From contig NW_024704743.1 in assembly GCF_018977255.1 (NCBI RefSeq), forward strand, positions 29,638,001 through 29,702,000: a stretch of 64,000 nt of DNA. Reading direction: 5' to 3'. The DNA comes from Callorhinchus milii (Eukaryota). The notes under the pieces were generated by a model. It did not search any database, was not told where the DNA came from, and saw only the letters and a list, made by a program, of their open reading frames with translations. A program made the translations under genes and the position numbers. Positions 38,703 through 52,000 of this stretch are shown piece by piece (the first letter of the stretch is position 1; each line of letters begins with the position of its first letter).

Positions 38703-39091
38703 GTGGAGTCCTGTAGCTCAGTGGTTAGAGCACTTGCCTCACAAGCGAGAGACCTGGGTTTGATTCCCAGCAGGGCGAAACGTTGGGCAAGTTTTCTTAC
38801 TCAACACACCTCTGTTTACCTAGCAGTAAGTTGGAACCCAGTTGTTAGTTGATTGGCAGATCGCTTTTCCAGGGGTAATAATTCCTTCATAAAAAATAAT
38901 AATAATTTGGTCACTCAATCCACGACTGTTTGTGGGTCATTACTGTGCGCAATTGACTGCCGCGTTCCGCCCACAAAATATACAGCTAATTAATTTACAG
39001 TATGTTCTGTGAAGCGCTTTGAGATGTCTCAATGATGTGTTAATGCGCTATATCAAATGCAAGGATTATTATTGTTATTACTATTATTATA
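38703..39091 (+). mobile_element. Full-length tRNA-derived SINE of the dominant family
   Basis: A-box gtagctcagtggttagagc, B-box-like gggtttgattccc, body ctctgtttacctagcagtaag, and tail gtgaagcgctttgagatgtctc...atcaaatgcaaggattattatt. Many partial tail copies occur across the window (e.g. ~340, 7150, 8450, 21100, 26300, 37860, 44530, 55150, 58370, 61800). Confidence 0.85.
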
Positions 39092-40034
39092 TTGGTCTTG
39101 AGACGGAGCTTAAACGAGGAGCCAGTTGGAGGGACTCTGGGATGGAGTTCAAGAGAGTGGGGTATAAAATGCAATGATACAGTAATAAAATTATATACTA
39201 TATGTTGGAAACAGTTTTGGAAGCAATATCGTGTGTGGCGGATTTGAACCTAGGAAAAATAATAAGCAATCCTCATGTGATTTGATGCCAAACATTTTTT
39301 GATTATCATCGGATTTTTTTAAATTCAAAATGATTTTTTTGAAATGGTATCTTTTCAATAAAATGGAATTTCTTCATTTAAGGAAATTCGTGAAGTAGTA
39401 TTACCCGTTGGGGGATTTGATCCCATTGCCTTTTGCTACAACTTTAATAAGATTAAATTGGAAGCATTTGAACCTACATAATCATAGTTTGCACAGTAAA
39501 AGGATTTACGGGTCACATATATTGGCAGGTACTTTTCTCCATTTAAGACACTTAGTCTAATCCCTCTCTGTTTGTCCACTTTAGTATCAATTAACAAAAG
39601 GAAACTGAACATCATAGTGTCCTTGCTACCTAAATTCTTTGTAAAATATTGCATTTGTTTTGCCAGTTCCCAGGCCACTTATTAATGTGACAGAAAAATA
39701 TCTTCTATTGTGACACGAAAGGAAAAAAACATTGTTTATCATCTCTGCTATCGGGTATTGTGTAAGATTGTGTGAAATGGGGCTTCAGTTCAATAGGAAC
39801 TTAGCAATAATAATCGTTGTGTTTGGTATAGCGCCTGTCCACCTAAACAGACAGATGGGACCTCAATTTAATGACTCATCTGAAGGACAGTATTTCTGAC
39901 AATGCAACTCTCCCTGTACTGGAGTGTCAGCCTAGTCTACAAACTCAAAGTACCGACATGTGGCTCAAACCCACAAACTCTTGACTTAGAAGCGAGAGTG
40001 CTACCAACTGAGCCATGCTGATAACATGTCTTAC

Positions 40035-40105
40035 CTTCTCGCAAAGCCAAAGTCAATTATCTTTACTTGATTGGTTACTCGGTTAACACACAAGATATTC
40101 TCAGG
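40035..40105 (-). CDS. MYLK4: MLCK kinase exon (PEN...DFG)
   Basis: ctcag|CCT GAG AAT encodes PENILCVNRVTNQVKIIDFGFAR. Donor AG|gtaaga. 71 nt. Confidence 0.96.
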
Positions 40106-40721
40106 CTGAGGGTTTAGAAACAGAATAAATGTGTCAGAAACCATGTCAAACAAATACTGATCAAAATTTTCACCTCAAACAAAATTTAGCCCTGTGCAAG
40201 AAGTTTAACAAGGTTAGCCTGAAAATATTAAAACTTTTCAGCACCATTCTGCCATATTATACTAATGAAGACACTGGGGATTGGATTTGGAACACAAGCA
40301 ATAGGAAATTCAAGCAATAACATAAACATAAACAGCAACAGCGCAGTAAAAACCATCACTGAACTTCATCTCACCTCAGCTGAACTATTACTTGAAACTG
40401 TATACTATAGTTTGGTAACTTTAAATAATACTTAATGATCAGCATGGGTTAAATAATGTATAAGGATTTGATCATTTTATATAATTATATATAGTGACCA
40501 AATTAAGTGATATAGTAATTATGATTAGGTTATTCTATGTGGTGTATAGTCATTACATTGCATTTCGTACATATAAGAAACTAATAAGTATAAATTCAGT
40601 CCACATCCCAAGCATGCAATAAACGAATAAACACTTCGTAATGTGGTTCCACTGTAAGAAGGCATTTCATAATAAGTTAAATTAATCCTTGCATTTTTTT
40701 GATATTTCTCTTGCTACATAC

Positions 40722-40863
40722 CTTCAGATCCAGGTGAACAATATACATCTGGTGCATGTACCGAAGCCCTTCGCAAATCTGCCTTGTGAGCAAGATTGTG
40801 TCTAGTTCTGTTAAATTGCAGCTCTCATCTATTATCCTGTCAAATAGTTCTCCACCTTCAATA
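40722..40863 (-). CDS. MYLK4: MLCK kinase exon (subdomains V-VIb)
   Basis: ccttag|T ATT GAA encodes IEGGELFDRIIDESCNLTELDTILLTRQICEGLRYMHQMYIVHLDLK. Donor AAG|gtatgt. 142 nt. Confidence 0.96.
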
Positions 40864-41452
40864 CTAAGGAAAGAAATTAAAACAATACACTCTTTTAAAC
40901 TAAATTGTTACAATATCATCTGATAATTTTTAGTTAATAGATGCTGGGCCTGGTTCAAATCAGGTCAATGTTATACATAGAGCCTTTGGCAATGTTGGCC
41001 ATAAATGGGATTTATTATCCCATTATATTCAGACATCACCAAAGGTGCTACATCTAATGCTGACTGGAAATTTCAGCTCAAGAGGTTTAACAAGATTAGA
41101 TTGAGAATATTAATTCTAGATGCAAATTCCATTCAGTTTTAACAGTATACATAATGACAAGCCACACTATTTTAGCTGTTAGACTCTAGCAATACGCCAA
41201 GGCTTTGCTCTTGCCAACCTACACCTAACACTTTCCAGAATTTGGTGCCCAACCAAAAAGGGAGTTCACATTCAATTCCAGACATAGGAAATTTCCATGA
41301 GCAGGTGGCACATATATATGGAAATCTCCATTTCTTGGATACTCTTAAGTAAAATGGAAATATTTCTAGTGGAAATAGTATCTCACAATTTACGCTATCA
41401 AATGTCCAGCATTAAAAAAGTGCTGAAAGCAAAGAAAATGAGCAGTTCTTAC

Positions 41453-41562
41453 TATTCCATGATCAGAATAATGTCATTCTTTGATTCAAAAGCATCGTAG
41501 AGTTGGATGAGGTTTGTGTGATTTAGCTGGTTCATGACTTGGATTTCATTCTTTACTTCCTC
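41453..41562 (-). CDS. MYLK4: MLCK kinase exon (subdomains III-V)
   Basis: aacag|GAG GAA GTA encodes EEVKNEIQVMNQLNHTNLIQLYDAFESKNDIILIMEY; ESKNDI is MYLK4-like. Donor TA|gtaaga. 110 nt. Confidence 0.96.
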
Positions 41563-41955
41563 CTGTTAGTCAGTGAAAACAGCAACAATTTTACATTTAC
41601 ATAGTGTCTTTCACGTCGGGACATATCACGGCATTTCACAGAGCTTTTCACAGAGTCAAAAAGAAAATTCTTAAAGTGGATTTTAAACGTGGGCAGGAGG
41701 ATCGAGGAGAAGACTTCAGGATGGAATTCCAAAGAGCAGAGGCAGAACGGCTTAAAGCTTACCCACCAAAGGTGGGGCAAATGGTCAGGGGTAATGAAGC
41801 AGGCCAAAGTTCACAGAGCAGAGTGAACAGCCGGGTGTAATTGGGAAGCAGGAGGTCACAGATGTAAGGTGGGTCAGAGAAAGTCAAATTATATCAAGTG
41901 ATGCCTAATCTAAAGGGAGTAATTTTCATCATTCTGTCTCTGGTATATACTGTAC

Positions 41956-42049
41956 CTTATCCTTTACGAATCTGACTTTAATAATCTTAGCAGCTAAGGT
42001 GAGACCTGTTGATTTCTCTACACACTTGTGTACTTGTCCAAATCGCCCT
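41956..42049 (-). CDS. MYLK4: MLCK kinase exon (subdomains I-II)
   Basis: tttcag|A GGG CGA TTT encodes GRFGQVHKCVEKSTGLTLAAKIIKVRFVKDK, with the catalytic Lys. Donor AAG|gtacag. 94 nt. Confidence 0.96.
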
Positions 42050-42449
42050 CTGAAACAAATAAGCATGTTACACAAGTAACAATGTATTATGAGAAAAATC
42101 ATATGAAAACAGAACTTATACATTTTCTGAATAATATTAATAATAGTTCTGGGCACAACTATTTGACTATTAAAAATGTCATATCGTATGCATTTAATGA
42201 AAATCTTTACAAACCTCCCAAAGTAAGAAAGAAAAAAAATCTGACAGTGCAAGTGCAGAACGTTGCTTGACTATTCACCTACATGTTTAACATTGCAGTT
42301 AGGAAGCAACTGTGTTCATTATTAGAATATTTTAAGAGCATTGCATTATTTTCACTCCTGCCTTTTTACCCAGGATATTCTCCCAATTCCCAAACTAAGG
42401 GCATAAAGATACAATAAATCTAACCCAGAGTGATAGGATTTTTGATTGA

Positions 42450-42800
42450 ATAATAATAATCTTTTAATTTTATATCATGCCTTATTAAGTCAAATGTCTA
42501 ATTGCTGCATACATGTTGGCGAATGTGGCAAACAATATGCACACATTAATGTCGCACAAACAGCCATGAAGTGAATTCCATTTTTTGCTGAGGGACTGTT
42601 AATTTGGACACCGGGAGAAACTCTCTTCTTTTTTCAGATGGTGCCATGGGATTTTTAAGATCCACCTGACCAGACAGATTGGACCTCAGTTTATCGCCTC
42701 ATCCAAAGGACGGCACCTGCAACACGTAGCACATCCCCAGCATTGCACTGAAAGGTCTGCCGAGACTATGTGAGGTTCAAGTCCACAACCTCCTTACTCA
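42450..42800 (-). mobile_element. Deu-domain SINE
   Basis: Reverse complement of the Deu core (gtgccatgggatttttaagatccacctga...ctcatccaaaggacggcacct) with (aat)n tail. Confidence 0.7.
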
Positions 42801-43067
42801 GAAATTGTGGTAAATTTGCAGGTAGGCAGATGGTACAATGTATAAAGGATATGGTATTTGCAAAAAAATCATTTGCTCAACATTTTTTCTATGCTTACCA
42901 AAAACTGTGACAGTTAAAAGCTAAACATAGTGAAATAAGCCATTACAATGCAAAAAGAAACACCACCAAGTATGTTCCAATATTCCCTCTCCTGGATTTG
43001 CCAAAAAGACACTGAATCATTTATTTATTGTACTATAGTTTTCAAATAAAATCTAAAGATAACTGAC

Positions 43068-43173
43068 CCTCCAAGAACATCCGATTTGTGGACAGTATAG
43101 TGGTTGCTGATCTTTGCTGGTTTGGCTGAGACAATCCGATGTTCAAATGGTGCAGGAGCGGGAGGGCTGTCAT
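43068..43173 (-). CDS. MYLK4: MLCK coding exon 5 (pre-kinase DDSPPAPAPFEHRIV motif to start of Gly loop)
   Basis: cctag|AT GAC AGC CCT... encodes DSPPAPAPFEHRIVSAKPAKISNHYTVHKSDVLGG, a conserved MYLK2/3/4 motif. Donor GG|gtcagt. Confidence 0.93.
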
Positions 43174-45151
43174 CTAGGTCAGGAAACATGAAGTATGTTA
43201 ACATTTTAGCCCCTCCGTTTAGTACAAGAGAGGAATGCAAAGGACACCAAAGCGTTACATTGGTTGTGTCCTCTCCTATACCAGGCTCTGTAAGTCCATC
43301 AGCCCCCCAATTCTTGCTTAGCTCCACTGGCTCCTCATCCTCAGGGAATCCAATTAAAGATTCTTGTCTTTACTTTTAAATGCCTCGTAACCTCACTCAA
43401 TCCTCTATCTCTTTAACTGGCTTCCAGATATTTTTTGCCGTCCCTCCTCAGCTACTCCAAGCTTGGGCTCCCAGTCAGTTATATGAAGTGCTTTAAGCCA
43501 ATCTCTTAATGTGAAATGCTCTATATAATATGTTCCTTTATTCTGTGCTTCAGATCACTGGGATGTAGAAACATAGACTTCTTTATCACTGAAAACATTA
43601 TTAATAATAATAATCATCCTTGTATTGATAAAATGTCTATAATGCTGAAATGTCCCAAAGTGCTTCAGACTTTTCTGTAATGTGTAGTGACTGGTTATTT
43701 GTAGACAACCACAGCACCTTCCCAGGCCTGCAGTGGAATATTAGTCTAGACTACGAGGCTAAATTCCCAACATTGGGTTTGAACCCACAATCTTCTGATT
43801 CAGAAATGAGAGGGCCTCCAACTGAGCCAGGCTGATAGCTGATATTCGTGACAAAATAACTCATAGGACACACTTTGAAATATTGGACTCACTTCTGGTC
43901 CCACTTATAGGCCGAGCAGAACTTTGCTGAAGCTGTTCTCCCCAGTTTAGCTTATTTGCTTTATGATTCTCATTTTAACATCACATTGAGAACAGCACCA
44001 CAAGCCACATCCAGACTGAGGAGACCCACACACCTGCCAATAGGTGAGGCAGGCCTGATAAAATTAGGTTACTGTAGCATAAGCACAGCTATACAAATGT
44101 AATCTTGTTGTTATTGTTGTTGTGTCAGTTCAAGCTTTGTCGAATGCTCTTCCAGGATTAGATAGTTTTCAGGGTTGAAGGAGAAAGACAAATTGAGCAC
44201 AACAGGGGTTACAAGCATAGAGGAAAGTTGGGACCAAGGGAGATTTGAGGGCAGAGAAAGGGACAATTTCAAGGCAAAGAGGAGGATGTGCCAAGAAACA
44301 AAGAGCCTGTTCAGGACCTAGAAAACCGCATGTAATATGATGCAAGAATAGGTGAAGTAGGAACATGAGTGGATAGTGATAATGTGAGTGTGATCCTAAT
44401 GTAAAAAGAAAGATGTATTTCATACACTACTCTCAATATAATAGTTACAACAGCTCTGATCATGCATTGTAAGAAACTGGTGAATGGTGCACGATCAGAG
44501 TTGTTCTAAGTATTACATTGAGAGTAGTGTATAATAATTCTTGCATTTGATATAGCGCCTTATCTCATCTTATCTTATCTATCCTTATCTCATCTCTTCT
44601 CAAAGCACTTTGAGAAATCTCATCAAGACTTCTCAAAGTGCTTCACAGAATATACTGTGGATTGACTGTGTATTTTGTGAGCAAAACACAGCAGCCAACT
44701 GTGCACAGCAGTGTCCCACAAACAGTCATGCATTGAGTGACCAAATTGTTATTTTATTTTTGAAGGGATTATTTCCTCCAGAAAACGATGCCCTAATTGA
44801 CAAGCAACTGGGTTCCTACTTAAAGCTAGGTAAACAGAGGCTTGTGGAGTAAGAAAACGTGCCTCATGTTTCACCCCATTTGTATGGAATACATCCAGGG
44901 TGTGGCTGGCTGAGGTGCAACTCCAAAGGTCCAAAACACCTAGTCCTGAACCAAAAGTTAACTGCTGGTATTATTTCGACAAATGGATTCAAATAGTTAT
45001 TCCAAATGGATATTACAAATATCTGTACATAACTACATTTTAAAAACTTCACAAAGCTACTAAAAAAAAGTTCTCTCTGATCGTAATGGAGAATGATATT
45101 TACTGGCATAGTTTTGGGATGTAAACTCTTAGCAAGTTGGGCTACACTTAC

Positions 45152-45474
45152 CAATCACAACTGGTGTGTTTTCCTCTTCCTCAGCTTTGTCAGACAGTTT
45201 TTTATTTTCCTCCTGACTGTCCACAGGTATCTCTGCGTTTGACTCAGGCTGGGCTGTTCTCTGTTCACTCTTGGCGTTTTCCTCCACTCTGCTCTTCTTG
45301 TCGTCATCCTTAATCAGGTCTTCATCAGTCACTCTTTTTTTACTGGGAGTGCCGAGGGACCTGGCTTCACTTAGCTCAGTATTGTCTGAAGCTACGGCCT
45401 CTGGTTCTGCTGAGACTTCAGGCTCTGCTGCAGCTGCTAGGAAAGCACCAGCTTCGGTTTCACTATCTTCATAT
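45152..45474 (-). CDS. MYLK4: MLCK coding exon 4 (323 nt)
   Basis: Acceptor tttgaaag| and donor ATTG|gtaagt. Encodes YEDSETEAG...SKKRVTDEDLIKDDDKKSRVEE...TPVVI. Phase 2 to 1. Confidence 0.82.
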
Positions 45475-46180
45475 CTTTCAAATGCAAACAGGAAACATGC
45501 ATGTGATATAACATTGATTTTAACTTCTGCTCTGCCCATCCTACAATCAAATTTACAATGCAGAAGGAGGACATATGGCCCAATGAGGCTGCAGGAGTTC
45601 TCAGAGCAAGATATTTATTTGATCCCACTGCCTTATACCCATACCCCTTCAAGCCTCTATCCTTCACATCCCTGCTTTAACCATAGGTTTGAATGATCAC
45701 TATCACATTGAATTCCTCATTTCCCTTCCTCATTATACATGCTCGACCTTAAAAGGGTCATTGCAACTTGCTGAAGAGGGCTCTTGCCTAATACTTTCTG
45801 GAATTAGGTAAGCAGGAGGCATCCCTCCAGGAAGGGAGTGCACATTCCATTCCAACAATCTATCTCTGGAATTTCTATGTGTAGGTGGGATGCATGGAAT
45901 TCTCAGTTTGGTTTGGATACTCTTAAGTGTGGTGATGGTTGGCTTTCTGCATGTGTCAGACACCCAGCTGATCGTCCCCCTTCCAAAAAAAAATTGAAGA
46001 GAGTTCAGAGAATTCCAATAATATTGATTTCACGACATAGCACTCTAACATATAAGGAGACACTCACACGACTGAACTTTTTCTCATTGAAGCAAACGTT
46101 ACAAAGTTTTCCACTTAAACTTTTTTCTTAATCTACACATCGAGTGCAGTTTAATTAACTAGATTAATTAAACAAAGTAC

Positions 46181-46913
46181 CTCTGAAGCAAGACAATGCA
46201 GTTCTTGCTATGCCCAACAAGCTCTTGACCCTCGGGTACTTCCTCCATTGGCAAAACTTCTACGGTGCTTTTGGATTCCTCCATAATGATAACGTCTGAG
46301 CCTGTGTCTTCACATAAATCCAGCTCAACTACTTTATTGGATTTATCGGCTTGTATGTCTTTTCCTTCTGCTTCTTCATTCTCGTCTATTATTAGAGGTT
46401 CAGTTTCTTCTTTTATTAGAGGTTCATTTTCTTCTTTTATTGAAGGTTCACTTTCTTCTTTAGCCTTATGTTCCATAATTAGCTCTTTGTATACTTCATC
46501 CATCTTTTCTTCAGCCCCTTTTGCCCCTTGTTTTAGGTTTTCGATCATAATTCTTGTTTTCTCTGGCTCATCAGTTGTTTGCTCACTCTCCTCTGATTCA
46601 TCCTTTTCACTTTGCTCCTCCTCAGTTATGCATTCATCTTTGTTCTCGTCACCAGAGTAAGCCTCCAAAACAGTGTCAGCCACATCTGGGGCAATGCTCT
46701 TTGTAGGGCTTGAAGACTCTGACTCAAAGGCTCCATCCTCCTCTTCAAGTGGCTTTTCTTTGAGTTTTGTTGGAGTTCTCTGTTCTGCCAGGAGATGAGC
46801 TTCTTTGACATCTCCCTGAACCACTAGGACACTAGATTTGTCAACATTTTCTTTATTTAATTTCTGAATCTTCTTATCAGACAAAATGAGTGCATTCTTC
46901 TGAGCTGAACTCA
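46181..46913 (-). CDS. MYLK4: MLCK coding exon 3 (733 nt, acidic low-complexity linker)
   Basis: Polypyrimidine acceptor ttcttctttcttgtcacag|, long Glu/Lys-rich open frame (ORF 46168-46965), donor CAGAG|gtac. Phase 1 to 2. Confidence 0.8.
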
Positions 46914-46999
46914 CTGTGACAAGAAAGAAGAAAAGAGATGCTTTTGCACTGTGTGTTGCGTTCAATCTAATACACTGGCAAAATATTTCAGTTGCTTAC

Positions 47000-47096
47000 C
47001 TGCAGAATCTGGCGGTTTCTTCTTTTTCTGGGATTTTTTTTCTTTAGTACTCGAGTACGGCTTCCCTTTTAGATTATTTGATTTTTCATCTTTCAC
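47000..47096 (-). CDS. MYLK4: MLCK coding exon 2 (97 nt, Lys-rich)
   Basis: Acceptor gtgcag| and donor GCAG|gtaagc. Encodes VKDEKSNNLKGKPYSSTKEKKSQKKKKPPDSA. Phase 0 to 1 fits both neighbours. Confidence 0.8.
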
Positions 47097-48708
47097 CTGC
47101 ACAGAAGATTGGAAAGGTGATTAAAGATTTATTGACCAGCCAAAGAACCCTATGCAATTTAAAATGAAATAAAAGAACATCTTGATACAGAACACATTTG
47201 CAAACAAACTGAGTTCCCCCCCCCCGCCACCAGTGTCTTGGTCAACAATGCTCCAGATAAACTGATAAATCACCTCATGGCCATTGGTGAAAACTTGCTC
47301 GGTGAAATGGCTGCTACATTTGCCTATCCGTCTGTTACAGTCACTCCACTTGACAGTAATTGCTGTCATGTGCTTTGAGATATTTTGATGTGTTGAGGAG
47401 CTATGAAAATGCAAGTTCTTTCTTTCTCTAGACTTTCTTAATTGAACAAGGATTAGATAAGATAGGGCTCTTCAGTCTTGAGAGAAGATGTCTGAGGGGT
47501 TCTTCTAGAGGTGTACAAAAAGTAACCCTAAAACAATACTTCAGGTTGCACCAAGACTGTAGAGCAAGAGAACAAAGATTTAGACTTTATCAAGAGGACA
47601 ATTTATGACTGGAACGGATTGCTAGGAATGGTGTTTGAGACCCAGACACTGGATTAATTTAAAAAACAACTCAGTGTTGTGATGTGCAGATGGTAGAATG
47701 CATATTCTGAAAGGATGAAATCTAATGGGCTTTCTTCATCCAAACCAATCTTGCAATCTTGTTAAAGCAATTTACAACAGTACCACATAATTCCCATTGC
47801 TTTAATTTTGGGACTTATTTCACAGGATATATCTTTCCCTTATAATTAAACAGTTTAGTCGAAAAGTGTCTCCTTAAAGACTTTCAGGCTTCTCAGGAGG
47901 TTTGATGACTTGCACAGAACATCTCAAAGTCTTAGTATCAGGTTGTACCCTTCATAATAGTGCCACCCATTGAGAATGACTATTAGAGGAGACCAGGATG
48001 AAATGTCTGTTTTCATGTCAGGGTTACAGATGACCTTGCACCTATTTGAAGTATGTTTGAAAGAGCCAAAAATACAAATTTCAAGCTCCTATGCCAATAA
48101 TGTGGCAGATGATCGTCTGTGAAATAACCATGCATAGAGCAACATGATTTCTGTGTCATCTGAAGAATCTCTGATACTTTATCATTATCACCAAGAATTT
48201 GTGTTTCTCTAAACTGCTTTTGAGTAAACACTTTCGAGCCTGCAATGTGCTCATTTTTTTCTGCACATTGCACACTGGATATGGTCACTTTTTATTATTG
48301 GTTATTTTCTTTTTAATTTTAATTTCCTTCTGTACAGTCACTTGAAGCTTTAGTAAAGCAAGAGCTGCTCAAACGTGACATTGCTACCCTACACACAGAG
48401 AAGGTATGACGGGAGCGTCAAGGTACCAAGTCACCTTACTGTGCATCCAAAATGTTAGGCAGTGCAATCTTTCAGGAATTAACATTCTAAATATTATAAC
48501 TACAACAGTACAGAATACTGATCATAGTCTAGCTATTAGGTAACCTTTAAAAACAGATGCAAGAGTCACTGCAGAGAATTCTTTAGTGTTGGCAACACTT
48601 CTCTGGAAATCAGAAACTTTAAAACAGTTCACCATATTGTAATTCTAGTATGTAATTACACCAAGGTCAAGTTTATAAAATGTAACAACAACAACTTGCA
48701 TTTGTATT

Positions 48709-49090
48709 GTGGAGTCCTGTAGCATAGTGGTTAGTGAGCTCGCCTCGCAAACGAGAGGACCCGGGTTCGATTCCTGGGCAGGGCAAAACCTTAGACAAGT
48801 TTCCTTACTTCACATGTATCTGTTTACCTAGCAGTAAGTAGGAACCCAGTTGCTAGTCGATTGGCGGATCACTTTCTGTGAGTAATAATCCCTCCTAAAA
48901 AAAANTTGGTCACTCAATCCATAACTGTTTGTGGATCCAGGAAAGAATGCTTGTGGGATACAACTGTGCGCAACAGGCTGCCGCACAGTCATATCCCACA
49001 ATCATATCCCACAGTGAACCTACTTTACAATATTTTCTGTGAAGTTCTTTGAGATGTCTCAACGACACGATAAGGTGCTATAACAAAGCG
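48709..49090 (+). mobile_element. tRNA-derived SINE inserted in an antisense L2 3' end
   Basis: Head ggagtcctgtagcatagtggttag...ccgggttcgattcc. The L2 tail aacaacaacaacttgcatttgtat precedes it and L2 resumes near 49098. Confidence 0.8.
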
Positions 49091-52000
49091 AGCATTAACT
49101 CCCTTCATGTAAATAGCATCTCAAAGTGCTTAACAGCACTATAGTTTGATTCAGAACTAGAAAGAGAGGGGAGGTAACTGAAGGTATGGTCGAAGAGAAA
49201 AGTTTTCATGTGAGATTTGAAGACGGGCAAAAAGGAGGAAACATGGAGGATTGAGGCAGGGCATATCCACAAGTGTATAGTATGAAAACAATATTGGATA
49301 GTCTTTCCGGAACTATATCTGCCTATATTTCATAATCCCCTTTTGCAATATAAAGCTTCTATGTTTCCACACTGTTCCACAGTGCACATTAAGTGACATC
49401 AGCCATGCTTCCTACTGACAGGTGCGCAAAACCCAGGAAGTGACAGCAGCAACGTTCATGAAGGAAGCCAACTGATCATCACTGGAGGCTGGGTATACTA
49501 TGGTGAGCATGAGTCCACAACTGACTTACACACTAAGCTCAACCAGGGTGTGTTGTATCAGGTTTGCCCTTTAATTTCAACATTCTTCACTAATTCTGTT
49601 ACATATGTTTTACACATTTGAGGACTTGCTTTAGACAACTAGATAGATCCACTTACGTGGAACTCACACAAACAAAGCTTTTGGTTTCTGGTAAAATAAA
49701 TGAATACACTGGAAAATGAAATGATTAAGAGCTGATTTTTAGAGCTACAGATTTTTTATTAATCGATTGATTTTAAAATTATACAATTTTATTTTATTTT
49801 AAAAATTGCTTGCTTAGGTTTATTTGAGTATAGGGTAGTTAAAGCCCCACAGCTTGTCAGTTTCACTGTTTTACTTCAGTAGCATTCATCAAACGAATGA
49901 GCTTCTAAAATGCAGAAAATTGCTTTAATTTGAACAGAATGGAGTTTAAACTAATAAAACAAAATTATGCTTTTTGATCATAAAGGACTTCATCAGGTCT
50001 GAATTTAGCTGTGTGCCAGCTGAGCAAAACAAGGACCATACATCCAGGAAACTGAACAAATGTACGTGTTCAGTTTCTGAGTGTTAGTATCCCAGGTAGC
50101 TGAGTTTGGTGAGCACTCACTTAGTCTTGGGGCCAGGATATTCTTACAAATCCAAGTGGGCCCTATACTCTTTCAAAGTCCATTAACTGGGTAACAAAAT
50201 GTAATGGGCAATTGGTTTTATATGGACCTATACTGCGGGTTACTGTTATTTGTTTGTAGGGGTAGGACAAAGAGCGTGGAGAAGAAAGTCTTTCCCCAGT
50301 GAGAGGTAGTACAAATTTTACAAGTTGTGCTTAGTCCTAATGGGGAAAGAGTGCATGCCAAAAAAGCATTCACTGAAACAATAGAATTTAATCAAAACAG
50401 GATTGCTCGTGACTCCAACATCTCTGCCTGTGAAACCAAATGTTATCATTACACTTTTTAATGCTTATATTGAAGTTTCTTGAGCAATTGCACATAATAA
50501 TATAATTAATTGATAATCCTCATATTTGATATAGTGCCTTTTGTTGTCATGAGGACGTCTCAAAGTGTATTTTATGGGCGATTCGTACATTTTCACAAAA
50601 GCATGGGTAGCTTCAAGTATAAGATCCCAAGTGGAAGCTTTTCTTTGCACAGACTACATGATTAACCCCAAAAAATTAGCCTGAAATAATTCCTATAATT
50701 AGAATCTCCCTCCCAGCCCAAACACATGCATACACATATGCATTTCATCAAATCCTATAAAGTAGTTAGTACTTGAGTACTTGATTAATTTCTTTGCACA
50801 TAAGTGGATTCATGGTTATAATTGGGGATAAAAACTCAAAGGACAATGTCATTGGTAGAGATGATCAAATGCTCTGTGGAATAAGTTGATTCCTGAAATG
50901 GAACCAAGTACCTACCATACCATAGACAGCAACTAATCAGGGTCAAGTCACTTTGTGGGTTAGATAATTTGGAGTTTTGCTCGATTACCTTTAAAATTTT
51001 TAGAAGGAAGGCAACCAATAGAGAGAACATTTTAAGACCTTTGCTTTGGAGATCATAGCTAAATTGCTACTGGAGTCCAACTATTTTTTATTTCTTTAAC
51101 TATTTTATCATTCAAAGTATTATTTTTCGAGTATTATTTTACTAAATACTGCTAAAGAAAACAATTGTTCATCACTGGGACTTGAAATCTTAAATGTTCT
51201 TTTTGTGTTATAAATACAAAAGAGCTCCGTTGAAAGCAATAATTGGGAGTGCATGAATTCGCAACCAGCGTTATAATGGGGTGCAAATCCCGATCAGCAC
51301 TTCATTACTCATTGCAAATAAATGCAGAAAGTGATGACAGTAGTGACCTCATGACCTGAAGGTTGGCCATTTTTAGCTTGTGAGAAGCCTGCCAGAATTA
51401 TGAAGTGAGTTGCCTAACTTTCTGAGCATAATTTTGGACTTTTCGGTTAACAAATAATAATCATTGCATTTGATATAGTGCTTATCACATTGTCGAGATG
51501 TCTCAAGGCACTTCACAGGATTTTATTGTGAAGTGTAGTGACTGTGTGTTTGTAGGCAAACAAATGTCAGGATTCACACCACAATTATGTTGTAAGTGAA
51601 ACAGCATTATCATAAAGAGCATTGCAATTGAGTTTGACTGTAACATTGAAATGCTTTTAGAGTAAAGTGCTCTCAATTCTACCAGTTTCTTACATGCAGT
51701 TTCAAATGCCACCGGTAACACATCAAATTTGACATTAACCATATAGCTCAAGAGAAACAGGAGAGGCAGGAATCATGAGCAGAGTTGCCATTCTGGCATA
51801 TGTCCAAGATTGGAGGCTTGGCAAATGGAAAGGATTACTCCTTCACTTTCTGTACTTGTAAAGATTAAAAAAGGTCATAAAACACAAAATTACTGCCTTG
51901 TGTTACGTGATGGTTCCAATCGAATCACTAAACTAATAACTGATGCCAGAAAAAATAATCCAGCCAGGAATGATCGCTCCTTCAAACCACATATATTGTA

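Noticed and set aside
38705..38778. tRNA-like sequences (also ~30651, ~48711 and ~13685 on the minus strand)
   Set aside because: They are SINE heads: each is followed by the SINE body and tail, and the acceptor stems are degenerate.
43180..43379. Upstream extension of ORF 43025-43327 as additional coding sequence
   Set aside because: It lies beyond the acceptor at 43173 and looks like a decayed L2 remnant.
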